NCBI GenBank assembly: GCA_015059375.1
Contig: SVAN01000005.1
Span: 1 to 56,026 of the forward strand
DNA from: Bacillota bacterium
GTDB taxonomy: Bacteria; Bacillota_I; Bacilli_A; RF39; UBA660
Reading direction: 5' to 3'
DNA length: 56,026 bases
Each line of letters opens with the position of its first letter. Position 1 is the stretch's first letter. The position numbers were made by a program, and so were the translations under genes. This document shows, piece by piece, positions 19,732 to 30,211 of the stretch. Below the pieces are notes generated by a model that made no database searches, was not told where the DNA came from, and saw only the letters and a program-made list of their open reading frames with translations.

Positions 19732-19767
19732 AAAAAATCCTGCTTTCAATTATGTCAGCGGGATTTT
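19732..19767 (-). terminator. Terminator hairpin after gyrA
   Basis: AAAATCCTGCT...AGCGGGATTTT inverted repeat with a T run on the minus strand. Confidence 0.65.
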
Positions 19768-19796
19768 AAATTTTTATAATATTTTGATGCTCTCAA

Positions 19797-19812
19797 TGTT
19801 TCACGTGAAACA
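19797..19812. promoter_or_regulatory. parS site 4, abutting the gyrA stop codon
   Basis: TGTTTCACGTGAAACA. Confidence 0.92.
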
Positions 19813-22263
19813 TTAGTTGGCTTTTGTAGTGGATTCTTCCGGTTCTTCTTTATCTACAATGCTTATAGCAGCAACTTGTTGGCTATCTTTTAAATTAATT
19901 AACCTCACACCTTGGGTAACTCGACCCAAAACAGAAATTTGTTCAATCGGCATTCTCATTGTCATTCCAGAGTTAGTCATTAAAATAACATCTTTTGTTG
20001 TATCCGATACTTTAATGGCCACTAAATTTCCATTTTTTTCTGTTATATTTAATGCCTTGACTCCTTTACTGCCTCTTTTGGTTTGACGATATTCATCTAC
20101 GTTAGTTTGTTTTCCATAGCCTTTCTCAGTAACTAAAAGAATATTTTCGTTTTCGTGAACAATTTCAACACAAATACATTGACTGTTTTCAAGAGTAATA
20201 CCTTTAACGCCACTAGCTGTTCGGCCCATAACTCTTATATCTTCTTCGTTAAAACGAACCATCCTTCCAGAACTTGATCCTAAAAGGACTATATTACTGC
20301 CATTGGTCTTTTTTACACCAATTAATTCATCATTTTCTTTCAAATTGATGCAAATTTTTCCGGAATTTCTAATGTTATCAAACTCTTCAAGGGATGTTTT
20401 TTTAACAATTCCAAGTTTGGTGGCAAATAATAAATACTTACTTTCTTTATCGTTATTTGATAACGATATAATCGTATTAATATTCTCATCTTTTTCTAAA
20501 GGTAACAGATTGATAACAGGTAATCCTTTAGATGTTCTACTAAATTCAGGTATTTCATATCCTTTTAACCGATATACTTTTCCTCTATTCGTAAAGAATA
20601 ATAAGTGATCATGCGTAGATAAACTTAACAATTTATCAACATAATCCTCTTCATTTGTGCTCATTCCTTTGATTCCAACTCCACCTCGACGTTGGGATTT
20701 GAAAGTATCGGATGTAGTTCTCTTAATATAACCTTTATCAGTTAAGACAATAACAATATTTTCTTCCGGAATTAAAGATTCATCTTCTATGTATTCAATT
20801 GCGGTCATATCAATTGTAGTCTTTCGGTCATCCCCGTATTTATCTGCAATTTCTTGAAGTTCATTCTTGATTATACCTAAGACTTTTTCCTCACTTGCAA
20901 GTATGGAACGAAGTTCAGCTATAAGTTTAAGCAATTCATCAAGTTCTTCCTCTATTTTACTACGTTCTAAACCTGTTAATCGACGAAGTTTCATTTCTAA
21001 AATTGCTTCGGATTGTATCTCAGACAAACCAAACATACGTTCTAATTCTTGTTTTGCAGAAGTGTCACTTTCAGCAGATTTAATAATTTTTATTACTTCA
21101 TCAATATTATCTAACGCAATTTTATATCCCTCTAAAATATGCACTCTTTTTTCGGCTTTATCAAGATCAAATCGAGTTCTTCTGATGATAACTTCTTTTT
21201 GATAATCAATGTATTTAGATATGATATCTCGGATACCAAGTGTCTTAGGAACACCATTATCTAACATCAAGAATGTTATACCATAACTAGTTTGAAATTG
21301 GGTATGTTTATATAATTTGTTAAGTATAACCTGTGGATTAGCATCTCTTTTTAATGTAATTGTAATCTTAACACCATCTTTTAAATCGGTGTGATAATCA
21401 GATATTCCTTCAATTGTTTTATTATGAACTAATTCTGCAACTTTGTTTTTAAGTTCTAAAGTAGTAACACCATAAGGAATTTCGTCAATTATTATATAAT
21501 TTTTGCCATTTTTTTCTTCAATTGTGGCTTTACTTCTAATGGTTATACTGCCTTTTCCAGTATCATAAGCTTGTTTTATACCACTATTTCCTAATATAAT
21601 GCCTCCAGTAGGAAAATCTGGACCTTTAATATGTTGCATCAACCCTATTGTATCAATATCTGGATTATCGATATATGCTATACAACCATTAATAACTTCT
21701 CTTAAATTATGAGGTGGAATATTTGTTGCCATTCCAACTGCAATTCCCATAGTGCCATTAACCAAAATATTTGGAAATCTTGATGGTAAAACGTCTGGTT
21801 CCTTACGAGATTCATCGTAATTTGGAGAAAAATTTACAGTATCTTTATTAATATCTCTAAGCAACTCTGTTGATATTTTTGAAAGTCGAGCTTCAGTATA
21901 ACGATATGCTGCAGCACCATAACCTTCAATATTACCAAAGTTACCATGGCCATCTACTAACATATAACGATAGTTAAAATCTTGAGCCATTCTAACCATT
22001 GCTTCATATATTGATGAGTCGCCATGTGGATGGTATCTTCCCATTACATCTCCAACTATAGTTGCAGATTTACGATGTTGTTTATCAGGAGTTAGTCCAT
22101 TTTCACTCATTGCATATAAAATACGACGATGAACAGGTTTTAATCCATCTCTTAAATCTGGTAAAGCTCTAGCTACGATAACACTCATTGAATATTCAAG
22201 GAATGACGTTTGGACTTCGCTAACAATGTTATTTTCTTCTAATCTATCTCTACTATGATCCAT
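19813..22263 (-). CDS. gyrA: DNA gyrase subunit A
   Basis: [31 protein letters not shown] (catalytic Tyr) and GyrA-box QRRGGVG motifs. Confidence 0.98.
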   Translation of the reverse strand: MDHSRDRLEENNIVSEVQTSFLEYSMSVIVARALPDLRDGLKPVHRRILYAMSENGLTPDKQHRKSATIVGDVMGRYHPHGDSSIYEAMVRMAQDFNYRYMLVDGHGNFGNIEGYGAAAYRYTEARLSKISTELLRDINKDTVNFSPNYDESRKEPDVLPSRFPNILVNGTMGIAVGMATNIPPHNLREVINGCIAYIDNPDIDTIGLMQHIKGPDFPTGGIILGNSGIKQAYDTGKGSITIRSKATIEEKNGKNYIIIDEIPYGVTTLELKNKVAELVHNKTIEGISDYHTDLKDGVKITITLKRDANPQVILNKLYKHTQFQTSYGITFLMLDNGVPKTLGIRDIISKYIDYQKEVIIRRTRFDLDKAEKRVHILEGYKIALDNIDEVIKIIKSAESDTSAKQELERMFGLSEIQSEAILEMKLRRLTGLERSKIEEELDELLKLIAELRSILASEEKVLGIIKNELQEIADKYGDDRKTTIDMTAIEYIEDESLIPEENIVIVLTDKGYIKRTTSDTFKSQRRGGVGIKGMSTNEEDYVDKLLSLSTHDHLLFFTNRGKVYRLKGYEIPEFSRTSKGLPVINLLPLEKDENINTIISLSNNDKESKYLLFATKLGIVKKTSLEEFDNIRNSGKICINLKENDELIGVKKTNGSNIVLLGSSSGRMVRFNEEDIRVMGRTASGVKGITLENSQCICVEIVHENENILLVTEKGYGKQTNVDEYRQTKRGSKGVKALNITEKNGNLVAIKVSDTTKDVILMTNSGMTMRMPIEQISVLGRVTQGVRLINLKDSQQVAAISIVDKEEPEESTTKAN

Positions 22264-22275
22264 ATTCTAACCTCC

Positions 22276-24192
22276 CTAAATATCTAAATTTTTAACGTAC
22301 ACGGCATTTTCTTCAATAAATTTTCGCCTTGGTTCTACTTCTTCGCCCATCAATTTAGCAAAAATTTCGTCAGCAGCCATTGCGTCGTCAACAGTTATCT
22401 TTCTCAAGATTCTCTTTTCAATATCCATAGTTGTTTCATTTAATTCTTCTGCATCCATTTCGCCTAAACCTTTCATTCTCATAACATCCGGTTTAACATT
22501 TCCTGGTAATGTTGCTAAATAAGCATTTTTTTCATCCTCATTTAATACATATTTTATTGTTTTTCCATGTTTAATGCAGAATAACGGTGGTTGGGCAGCA
22601 AATACATGACCAGCCTCAACAATTGGTCTAAAAAACCGGTAAAACAACGTTAAAAGTAACACGCGAATATGTGATCCATCAACATCGGCATCTGTCATGA
22701 TGATTATTTTATGATATCTTAATTTTTCCAAGTCGAACTCTTGACCAATGCCAGTACCAAAAGCAGTAATAATAGTTCTTATTTCCTCGTTATCTAATGC
22801 TTTATCTAATCTAGCTTTTTCAACATTTAATATTTTTCCTCGTAACGGAAGTATGGCTTGTGTCATAGAATCTCTGCCTTTTATTGCACTACCTCCAGCA
22901 GAATCACCTTCGACAATGAATAACTCGCATATACTTGCATCTTTTTCTTTACAATCAACAAGTTTTCCACCAAAGTTTACTATATCTAAATCACTTTTTC
23001 TACGAGTAGCTTCTCGAGCCTTTTTCGCTGCCAAACGAGCATGAGAAGCTAATAAGCTTTTTTCCACAATGATTTTGGCATCATTTGGATGCTCCATTAA
23101 AAATCTTTCAAATCCTTGGCCAAAAATATCTGAGGCAATCTTTCTAACCTCTAGATTTCCTAATTTAGTTTTTGTTTGACCTTCAAATTGGGGATTTGGA
23201 TGCTTACAAGAGATAATCATTGTTAAGCCTTCTCTAACATCATCACCTGTTAAGCTATCAGCATTTTCCTTCAAAATTTTTGCTTTTTTAGCATAACTGT
23301 TAATAATGCGTGTTAACGCTAACTTAACACCGTCTTCATGCATTCCACCTTCATAAGTATTAATATTATTGGTAAAAGAATATATTGCTGAATTATAAGA
23401 ATCATTATATTGTAACGCTACTTCAATAACTATATCGTCAACTTGTCCAGATATAGATATTATTTCTTCATGAATACTCTTTTTACTTTTGTTAAGCATC
23501 TGAACATATTCAACAATTCCACCATTATATAAGAAAGATTCATGCTTTCCTTCTTCTCTTTCATCTATAAGTTGAATGCGAAGTCCTTTATTTAAAAAAG
23601 CTAATTCTTGTAATCTTTTATATAAAACATCATAATCGTAAACAGTAGTTTCAGTAAAGATTTCTGGATCTGGCAAAAAGGTTACTGTTGTACCAGTTCG
23701 ATCTTCAGCACATTTATCGATTATTTTTATTGTTCCTACAGGTTTACCACCATTTTCAAATCGTTGGTAATAAACGTTTCCATCGCGGTAAACTCTAACT
23801 TCCAGCCATTTTGATAAAGCGTTAACAACTGATGCACCTACACCATGTAGTCCACCAGATACTTTATAGCCTCCTCCGCCAAATTTACCACCAGCATGAA
23901 GAACTGTAAAAATCGTTTCAATTGTTGACAAACCCGTTTTAGCATTCATTCCAGTTGGCATCCCACGTCCATCATCCTTAACCGATATTGAATTATCTTT
24001 ATGAATCTCTACTTCAATATCATCACAAAACCCTGCTAACGATTCGTCAACAGCGTTATCAACAATTTCCCATACTAAATGATGTAACCCTTTACTACTT
24101 GTTGTACCTATATACATTCCCGGTCTTTTTCTAACCGCTTCTAAGCCTTCTAGTACTTGTATATCACTATCGCCATAATTAACATTTTCCAT
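22276..24192 (-). CDS. gyrB: DNA gyrase subunit B
   Basis: [38 protein letters not shown] and KGLGEM motifs. Confidence 0.98.
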   Translation of the reverse strand: MENVNYGDSDIQVLEGLEAVRKRPGMYIGTTSSKGLHHLVWEIVDNAVDESLAGFCDDIEVEIHKDNSISVKDDGRGMPTGMNAKTGLSTIETIFTVLHAGGKFGGGGYKVSGGLHGVGASVVNALSKWLEVRVYRDGNVYYQRFENGGKPVGTIKIIDKCAEDRTGTTVTFLPDPEIFTETTVYDYDVLYKRLQELAFLNKGLRIQLIDEREEGKHESFLYNGGIVEYVQMLNKSKKSIHEEIISISGQVDDIVIEVALQYNDSYNSAIYSFTNNINTYEGGMHEDGVKLALTRIINSYAKKAKILKENADSLTGDDVREGLTMIISCKHPNPQFEGQTKTKLGNLEVRKIASDIFGQGFERFLMEHPNDAKIIVEKSLLASHARLAAKKAREATRRKSDLDIVNFGGKLVDCKEKDASICELFIVEGDSAGGSAIKGRDSMTQAILPLRGKILNVEKARLDKALDNEEIRTIITAFGTGIGQEFDLEKLRYHKIIIMTDADVDGSHIRVLLLTLFYRFFRPIVEAGHVFAAQPPLFCIKHGKTIKYVLNEDEKNAYLATLPGNVKPDVMRMKGLGEMDAEELNETTMDIEKRILRKITVDDAMAADEIFAKLMGEEVEPRRKFIEENAVYVKNLDI

Positions 24193-25286
24193 TATAAATC
24201 TTTCCTTTCCACGTTGCCATTTTCTACCTTGAAAATTGTGCTATTTTTTAGTAATTGTTTATCAATTTTATCAATATTTGTTGTTGTAATAAAAGTTTGA
24301 ACTTCTTTATTCAACATATTAATAATATTATTAATTTTCTGATCATCTAGTTCACTAAATAAATCATCTAAAATCAATATCGGATATTGATTTTTTAATT
24401 GCTTAACGATTAACAATTCAGACAATTTAAAAGAAATAATCGCATTTTTTTGTTGACCAACACTACCATATTCTTTAATACAGTTGCCGTCTAAGATAAA
24501 ATCAATATCATCGTGATGAATACCTATCAATGTTTTGCCAAGAGCCATTTCTTTACGATAATTTTTTCGATAAATTTCCAACACTTTTTCAGCATCTTTT
24601 CTTGAATACTCACTCTTATATTTGACATGTAGTTCGCCATATTCAAAAATATTTTTATATATCTTTGAAATATGTGCATTTATCATATCAAGATATTCAA
24701 TCCTAATATTACGTATTTTCAATCCAAAATCAACGAGTTTTCTTGTTAATATATCTAAATAATCAGAGGAAGCATTTCCGTTTAAATATAGTTGTTTTAA
24801 ATATGCATTACGATGCTTTAAGATTTTATTATAAGTATTTAAAAACAATAAATACTCTTTATTAACTTGAGAAATTTCAATATCAAGCATCTTTCTCCGG
24901 AACGCCGGCGAATCGCTAATAATTTTTGTATCAAGGGGATTAAATAAAATAATATTTATCCTTGAAACATAATCACTTATTTTATTTACTTTATCAGAGT
25001 CAATAAAGACTTTCTTACCTGTTAAGCCTAAATCCAATTGGTACCGCGTTTTTTCAGTGCTTTCAACTGTCCCTTTAATTATTGTCTCATTTGCACCTTT
25101 AGAAATTAAATTACTATCATTATTGGTTCGAAATGATTTTGTCAACGCTAACATATATATAGCTTCTATCAAATTTGATTTTCCACTGCCGTTGTTACCA
25201 TATATTAAATTTAAAGTGTTCGAAAAACTTAAATCAATTGTGCTGTAATTACGAAAGTTTAATAACTTTAAATTTACAATTTTCAT
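24192..25286 (-). CDS. recF: DNA replication/repair protein RecF
   Basis: [10 protein letters not shown]-loop, GS.GQQK and [12 protein letters not shown] motifs. Confidence 0.97.
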   Translation of the reverse strand: MKIVNLKLLNFRNYSTIDLSFSNTLNLIYGNNGSGKSNLIEAIYMLALTKSFRTNNDSNLISKGANETIIKGTVESTEKTRYQLDLGLTGKKVFIDSDKVNKISDYVSRINIILFNPLDTKIISDSPAFRRKMLDIEISQVNKEYLLFLNTYNKILKHRNAYLKQLYLNGNASSDYLDILTRKLVDFGLKIRNIRIEYLDMINAHISKIYKNIFEYGELHVKYKSEYSRKDAEKVLEIYRKNYRKEMALGKTLIGIHHDDIDFILDGNCIKEYGSVGQQKNAIISFKLSELLIVKQLKNQYPILILDDLFSELDDQKINNIINMLNKEVQTFITTTNIDKIDKQLLKNSTIFKVENGNVERKDL

Positions 25287-25387
25287 TTAAAACCTCTTTT
25301 TAAACAAAATATTAAACAATTATCTTGTTTGCGTACTCCTCTACACAATATTATTATATCATAAAATTAGCTTAAAAAAAAGCAAAA

Positions 25388-25834
25388 TTAACGTTTTTTG
25401 CTTTTTAATACCGATTCTAATCTTGAGGATTTAAATATTTGATTACTTATAATATGATTAGAAATCTCTAGAGTAATCTTAAACCCATTTTTTAATATTA
25501 TTATACTTTCCTTTGAATTTTTTGTTGAATATTTTTCTATACTATTATAGTTTATCCACATACATGAGTTTTTTTTAGCAGAAGTTGTTGGAAACATTAT
25601 AATTTCCTTTACTTCACTAATAACAATAGGACATTTATACTTAACACCTATCATATAGTCAGTAGCCTCACATCGCCCTTGTAGTGAACTACCATAAGAT
25701 TTACAACTATCATTAATAATATCATATGGTCGACGATTAACAACATAAGAAATGTAGCTTTCGATAACCTTACTTTGAATGCCATTATATGGCATAATCA
25801 TTAATGTATTTTCGTTAATATAATACTTATCCAC
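25388..25834 (-). CDS. comK: ComK family competence transcription factor
   Basis: Y.IN..T..I.P, P..II..SC..YGSSLQGR, K.PI, FPT.S and C.WI pattern matches ComK. GTG start at 25834 behind GGGGGA. Confidence 0.85.
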   Translation of the reverse strand: MDKYYINENTLMIMPYNGIQSKVIESYISYVVNRRPYDIINDSCKSYGSSLQGRCEATDYMIGVKYKCPIVISEVKEIIMFPTTSAKKNSCMWINYNSIEKYSTKNSKESIIILKNGFKITLEISNHIISNQIFKSSRLESVLKSKKR

Positions 25835-25898
25835 AAAAATTCCCCCAGACATTTTTTTTATATCATAAAACCTGAGCAAAATTTGTCAATTTTTGTTG

Positions 25899-27017
25899 TT
25901 AATATGTTTTAATTGGTAAAATTAACTCAATTATTGTATCATCATCTACAGCATTTATAATAATTGGTTTATCGTCACTATTTATTAATAAAATAATATT
26001 TGTTGTATTTAACACTTTTAAAGCATCCATCATATATTTAGATGAAAAACTAATATCTAATCTTTCTTTATTGTTAGACTCTATAATCAATTCTTCCTTA
26101 GTTTTTCCACTTTCAGCAGAACTTCCATATATTGTCATTTTTTTATCATCAATACTCATTTTAACAATATTTTTATCTTTACTTAAAGTAATAATTGAAG
26201 CACGATCAATAGCATCATAATACTCTTTTAAATTTAAATTAATCATGTACTCAAAATCTTTTGGAATATAATTTGTTGTATCTGGATACGTACCATTTAA
26301 TAAAGTACTTTGAAACATTATATTTTTATAAATAAACAAAATTTTGTTGGTAAAAAGATGAATATCAACATTGTCTTCGTCTTTTAATATAGAAACCAAT
26401 TCATTAACACTTTTACCAGGAATAACGATATTAACAGATTCTTCAATCGGTTTAGATAATTTAATAACTTTTTTAGCTAATCGATATGAATCTGTTGCTA
26501 TACATTCTAATATATCACCATTAATTTTAATATTAATTCCTGTTAGTAATGGTCTTACTTCTTGCGTTGACATTGCATATGAAGTTTGGTTTATAATTTG
26601 GCGTAATAATGTTGAATCTAGGTTAATAACATTTGCACTTGTATCAATAGCAATGTTTGGATAATCTGAAAGATTATAACAATTTAAAACAAATTCGTTT
26701 GTATCAGAGTATATTTTAACATTACTATTATCTATACTTTCAAAATAAATTAAATCTGTTGGCATTTTTCTAATAATGTCTAGTATATAACGACTTTGTA
26801 TTACGATTTTTCCTTCTTTTTCTATATTTTTAATTTCTTTTTTATCAACTACCACTTTAATTGTTAATTCACTATCACTTGCTAATAATTCTAACCCATT
26901 AGCATTTACTTCTATAACAATTCCATTTAAAACTGGAATAGTTATTTTTTGCGATAAAGCTTTTACTACATTGTTTAAAGCTTCTAATAAAATATTTTTA
27001 TCAATTGTAAATTTCAT
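25899..27017 (-). CDS. dnaN: DNA polymerase III beta clamp
   Basis: IPVLNGI, RPLLTG, ATDSYRLA, G.YPD and C-terminal LILPIKTY motifs. Confidence 0.98.
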   Translation of the reverse strand: MKFTIDKNILLEALNNVVKALSQKITIPVLNGIVIEVNANGLELLASDSELTIKVVVDKKEIKNIEKEGKIVIQSRYILDIIRKMPTDLIYFESIDNSNVKIYSDTNEFVLNCYNLSDYPNIAIDTSANVINLDSTLLRQIINQTSYAMSTQEVRPLLTGINIKINGDILECIATDSYRLAKKVIKLSKPIEESVNIVIPGKSVNELVSILKDEDNVDIHLFTNKILFIYKNIMFQSTLLNGTYPDTTNYIPKDFEYMINLNLKEYYDAIDRASIITLSKDKNIVKMSIDDKKMTIYGSSAESGKTKEELIIESNNKERLDISFSSKYMMDALKVLNTTNIILLINSDDKPIIINAVDDDTIIELILPIKTY

Positions 27018-27139
27018 CTTTCCATCCTTCTTTCTTTATCTTAATAAAAATTATTATTATATTTATACTGTTTATGTTGTGGGAAACTTGTTTATTCCCC
27101 TATTTACCATATAAAAGTTATCAACACTTTTCCACATTT
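27018..27139. other. oriC, dnaA-dnaN part: DnaA boxes and AT-rich unwinding element
   Basis: TTATCAACA (27118), TTTTCCACA (27128) and TGTGGGAAA (27078), next to an ATT-repeat AT-rich tract (about 27040-27068) resembling DnaA-trios. Gene orientation flips just beyond dnaA. Confidence 0.8.
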
Positions 27140-28498
27140 TTATAACTTATTTTTAATTTCTTTAACAATCGTATTTAATTTTTCATCAGTTTTTAATTCA
27201 TTTGTAATTTTATCATACGAAGCAGAGATTGTTGAATGGTCCCTCCCCCCAAATTCTAAGCCAATTCTTGCTAAACCTTCATCTGTTTCTACTCGGCAAA
27301 GATAAATTGCAATATGCCTAGGTTTTGCTATGTTACCAGTTTTTTTCTTACTTTTTAAATCGGCAATTGTAATATTAAAATAATCCGCAACTATTTTTTG
27401 AATTTTACTTATAGAATTATCTGCATATATATTTATGTTTAAATAATCTTTTAACGCTTCGATTGCAAAATTTAAATCTATTTTATCAGGAACCATCATT
27501 GCTGTATATGCCATTAATCTATTAATTGTTCCTTCTATAAATCTTATATCATTTTGACAGGAATTTGCAATATATTCTATAATTTCTTGACTTAAATTGT
27601 CTTCCAAAGATGTATTTTTTATTTTAGTATTAATAATTTTGCATCTTAAGTTGAAATCTGGTGGATAAATGTCAACAGGAAGCCCCCACATAAAACGACT
27701 TCTTAATCGATCTTCGATTTTCTTTAAATCATCCGGTGAACGATCACTACTAATTATAATTTGTTTATTTGCTTGATATAGTGCGTTAAAAGTGTGAAAA
27801 AATTCTTGCTGAGACTTATCTGCACCTACTAAAAATTGAATATCATCAATTATTAAAACATCAACATTTTGGTATTTATTTTTAAAATTTTTAGCATATT
27901 CTAGTGAATCAACACCTTTTTCTATTGAAGCAAAACCTGTATAATCAGCGACAAAGTCGTTACTTGTTATATATAATACTTTTTTATTAGAATTCTTAAC
28001 TATATAATTTCCAATTGCATGCATTAAATGAGTTTTCCCTATTCCACTTTTACCATATAAGAATAAAGGATTGTGAATGGTTCCAGGGTTCTCTGCAACC
28101 GCATGCGCAGATACAACTGCTAAGCGATTTGAATCTCCAACAACAAAAGATTCAAAAGTGAATTTGGGATTAAGATTTGTTTCCCACTCTTCATCATATT
28201 TAGGAAGATCATTAAGGATTTCTTTTTCATCTTCCTTATTTTCTATTTCAAGTTCATCTTCCGTAATATATTCAAGTTCAAAGTTTTGTCCAGTTATTGT
28301 ATAAAGAGTTGAATTAATAATATCTTTATAATTTATACTCAACATATTTTTATGAATTTGCATAGGTACTTTGATTTTAAGTTTATTGTCATACAAAGAA
28401 ACTGGTTCTATTTTAGAAAACCATAAATTAAAAACATTAACGCTAACAGCTTGTTCAATTTCATCTAAGAAAGCTTTAAAAAGTTCCTCTATTTTCAT
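27140..28498 (-). CDS. dnaA: Chromosomal replication initiator DnaA
   Basis: NPLFLYGKSGIGKTHL, IDDIQF, RLRSRF.WG and GGRDHST motifs. ATG at 28498 preferred; GTG at 28510 is possible. Confidence 0.98.
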   Translation of the reverse strand: MKIEELFKAFLDEIEQAVSVNVFNLWFSKIEPVSLYDNKLKIKVPMQIHKNMLSINYKDIINSTLYTITGQNFELEYITEDELEIENKEDEKEILNDLPKYDEEWETNLNPKFTFESFVVGDSNRLAVVSAHAVAENPGTIHNPLFLYGKSGIGKTHLMHAIGNYIVKNSNKKVLYITSNDFVADYTGFASIEKGVDSLEYAKNFKNKYQNVDVLIIDDIQFLVGADKSQQEFFHTFNALYQANKQIIISSDRSPDDLKKIEDRLRSRFMWGLPVDIYPPDFNLRCKIINTKIKNTSLEDNLSQEIIEYIANSCQNDIRFIEGTINRLMAYTAMMVPDKIDLNFAIEALKDYLNINIYADNSISKIQKIVADYFNITIADLKSKKKTGNIAKPRHIAIYLCRVETDEGLARIGLEFGGRDHSTISASYDKITNELKTDEKLNTIVKEIKNKL

Positions 28499-28510
28499 CC
28501 CATACCCCAC

Positions 28511-28722
28511 ACAATGTTTTCAACACATATATTTTAACTTATTTTTTGTTAAAGTTAAAGAATTAATTTGTTAAAAATAGTTTTCCCCAAACTTTTCAAC
28601 ATCTATTTTTGGCAATGATTAGTATGTTAACACAAGTTTTTAACACTTTCAACAAAATATCTTTGTGGACAAAACTAAATTATCAACATCTTCAAAATAA
28701 AGTGTTGTTGAATTGTTGATAA
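28511..28722. other. oriC, upstream DnaA-box cluster
   Basis: Many 9-mers: TTTTCAACA (28517, 28593), TTTTCCCCA (28581), TTTTTAACA (28637), CTTTCAACA (28646), TGTGGACAA (28664), TTATCAACA (28680), TGTTGATAA (28714). Confidence 0.8.
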
Positions 28723-28755
28723 ATGAATGTTATAATCCAAATACTAAGGTGGATT

Positions 28756-29619
28756 ATGGAAGAAACTAAAAAAATTAAAATTGCAAGTTTACTGGGGATT
28801 TTTGGTAATTTATTTTTATTGGTGGTTAAATCTGGGGTTGGATTATTATTCAAAAGTCAAGCTATGATTGCAGATGCTACAAACAGTGCTGGTGATATTT
28901 TTGCGTCAGTAATGGCATTTGTTGGAAATAAAATATCAACGGAGCCAGCTGATGAAGACCATAATGTTGGTCATGGAAAAGCAGAGTATATTTTTTCCCT
29001 ATTTATTGGCCTAGCGATGATACTTGCATCTTTAATAGTTATTATTAACAGTATCAAAAGTATTATAACTAATCATGCGTTTAATTATTCTTTTTTGTTA
29101 GTTATAATTTGTATATTAACAATTATAATAAAGCTTTCCTTATATATATATACAAAAATTATTTATAAAAAGAATAGTAGTATATTATTAAAGTCGCTTT
29201 ATAAAGATCATCGTAATGATTGTTTAATTACATGTGGAACACTTGTAAGTATATTGTTTTCTTTGATTAATATTTATTGGATAGATAGTGTGGCTGGTAT
29301 TCTAATATCTTTTTGGATAATATTTACTGGATTAAAAATAATTAATGAAAGTTATGATGTTCTTATGGATCAAAGTATAGATAACGACAGTAAATTACAA
29401 ATTGAAAATATTATCTATCAACATTCTAAAGAAATTGAAATGGGGAAGATGAGTTCAATACCTATTGGCTATAAATATATAATAGTTTTAACAATTTACG
29501 TAGATGGTAAGATGTCAACAAAAGATGCTCATGAAATAACGAAAATATTACAAACTAATATAAAAAATCAAGTAAAAAGAGTAGATCGAGTTATAATTCA
29601 TGTTAACCCTAAAGAATAA
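28756..29619 (+). CDS. Cation diffusion facilitator family transporter
   Basis: Six TM segments, S.AMIADA..S..D, H..GHGKAEY, H-x3-D and C-terminal H...V.IHVNP motifs. Start at 28756 behind AAGGTGG. Confidence 0.93.
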   Translation: MEETKKIKIASLLGIFGNLFLLVVKSGVGLLFKSQAMIADATNSAGDIFASVMAFVGNKISTEPADEDHNVGHGKAEYIFSLFIGLAMILASLIVIINSIKSIITNHAFNYSFLLVIICILTIIIKLSLYIYTKIIYKKNSSILLKSLYKDHRNDCLITCGTLVSILFSLINIYWIDSVAGILISFWIIFTGLKIINESYDVLMDQSIDNDSKLQIENIIYQHSKEIEMGKMSSIPIGYKYIIVLTIYVDGKMSTKDAHEITKILQTNIKNQVKRVDRVIIHVNPKE

Positions 29620-29650
29620 ATAATATTCAAAATCGCTTTATTAAAAAAGC

Positions 29651-29680
29651 TTGACATAATAAGATATTAAATATTATAAT
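29651..29680 (+). promoter_or_regulatory. sigA promoter of the rpmH operon
   Basis: TTGACA-18-TATAAT. Confidence 0.75.
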
Positions 29681-29707
29681 AGAAACGCTAAAAAGGAGAA
29701 ATTATAA

Positions 29708-29830
29708 ATGAAGAGAACTTATCAACCAAATAAACGTAAAATGAAAAAGACTCATGGTTTCTTTTCTCGAAAAGGTGGAAAAGTATTATCATTACGTCGT
29801 AAAAAAGGAAGAAAAGTATTATCAAAATAA
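29708..29830 (+). CDS. rpmH: 50S ribosomal protein L34 (not in ORF track)
   Basis: Translates to [40 protein letters not shown]; RBS AAGGAG; precedes rnpA. Confidence 0.95.
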   Translation: MKRTYQPNKRKMKKTHGFFSRKGGKVLSLRRKKGRKVLSK

Positions 29831-29856
29831 AAACCACTGTTAAAAGTGGTTTTTTT
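29830..29856 (+). terminator. Terminator/attenuator hairpin after rpmH
   Basis: AAAACCACT-GTTAAA-AGTGGTTTT-TTT. Confidence 0.7.
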
Positions 29857-29875
29857 ACAATAGAAGAGGATTTCA

Positions 29876-30211
29876 ATGAAAAAATACGAAAGAGTAAAAT
29901 CAAATATATTGTTTAATGAAGTGATAAACAAAGGAAAAAAAAGGGGAAATCAATTTTTTACTATTTTTTTTATGGAGTCTTCTGAAAATAATAAAAAATT
30001 CGGAGTGGCGGTTTCAAAAAGGTTGGGAAATGCTGTAATACGTAATAGATTGAAAAGACAAACTAGGGAATTATTGGATAAGACGAAAATTTTGTTTAAA
30101 AATAATGGAAACTATATTATAATAGTTAAAGAAAAGTGTTTAAAGGAAAGATTTAGTGTTAAATTAGCTGCATTAGAGCAACTTATAGGAGATATGAATG
30201 AAAAAAAATAA
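29876..30211 (+). CDS. rnpA: Ribonuclease P protein component
   Basis: FGVAVSKRLGNAVIRNRLKRQ (RNR motif). Confidence 0.96.
   Translation: MKKYERVKSNILFNEVINKGKKRGNQFFTIFFMESSENNKKFGVAVSKRLGNAVIRNRLKRQTRELLDKTKILFKNNGNYIIIVKEKCLKERFSVKLAALEQLIGDMNEKK

Noticed and set aside
19567-19812. rRNA or tRNA genes expected after gyrA
   Set aside because: No rRNA- or tRNA-like sequence was seen here or elsewhere in the window.
25262-25290. Single AAAA-N5-TTTT box upstream of recF as a ComK site
   Set aside because: A K-box needs two properly spaced AT boxes, and single matches are frequent in AT-rich DNA.
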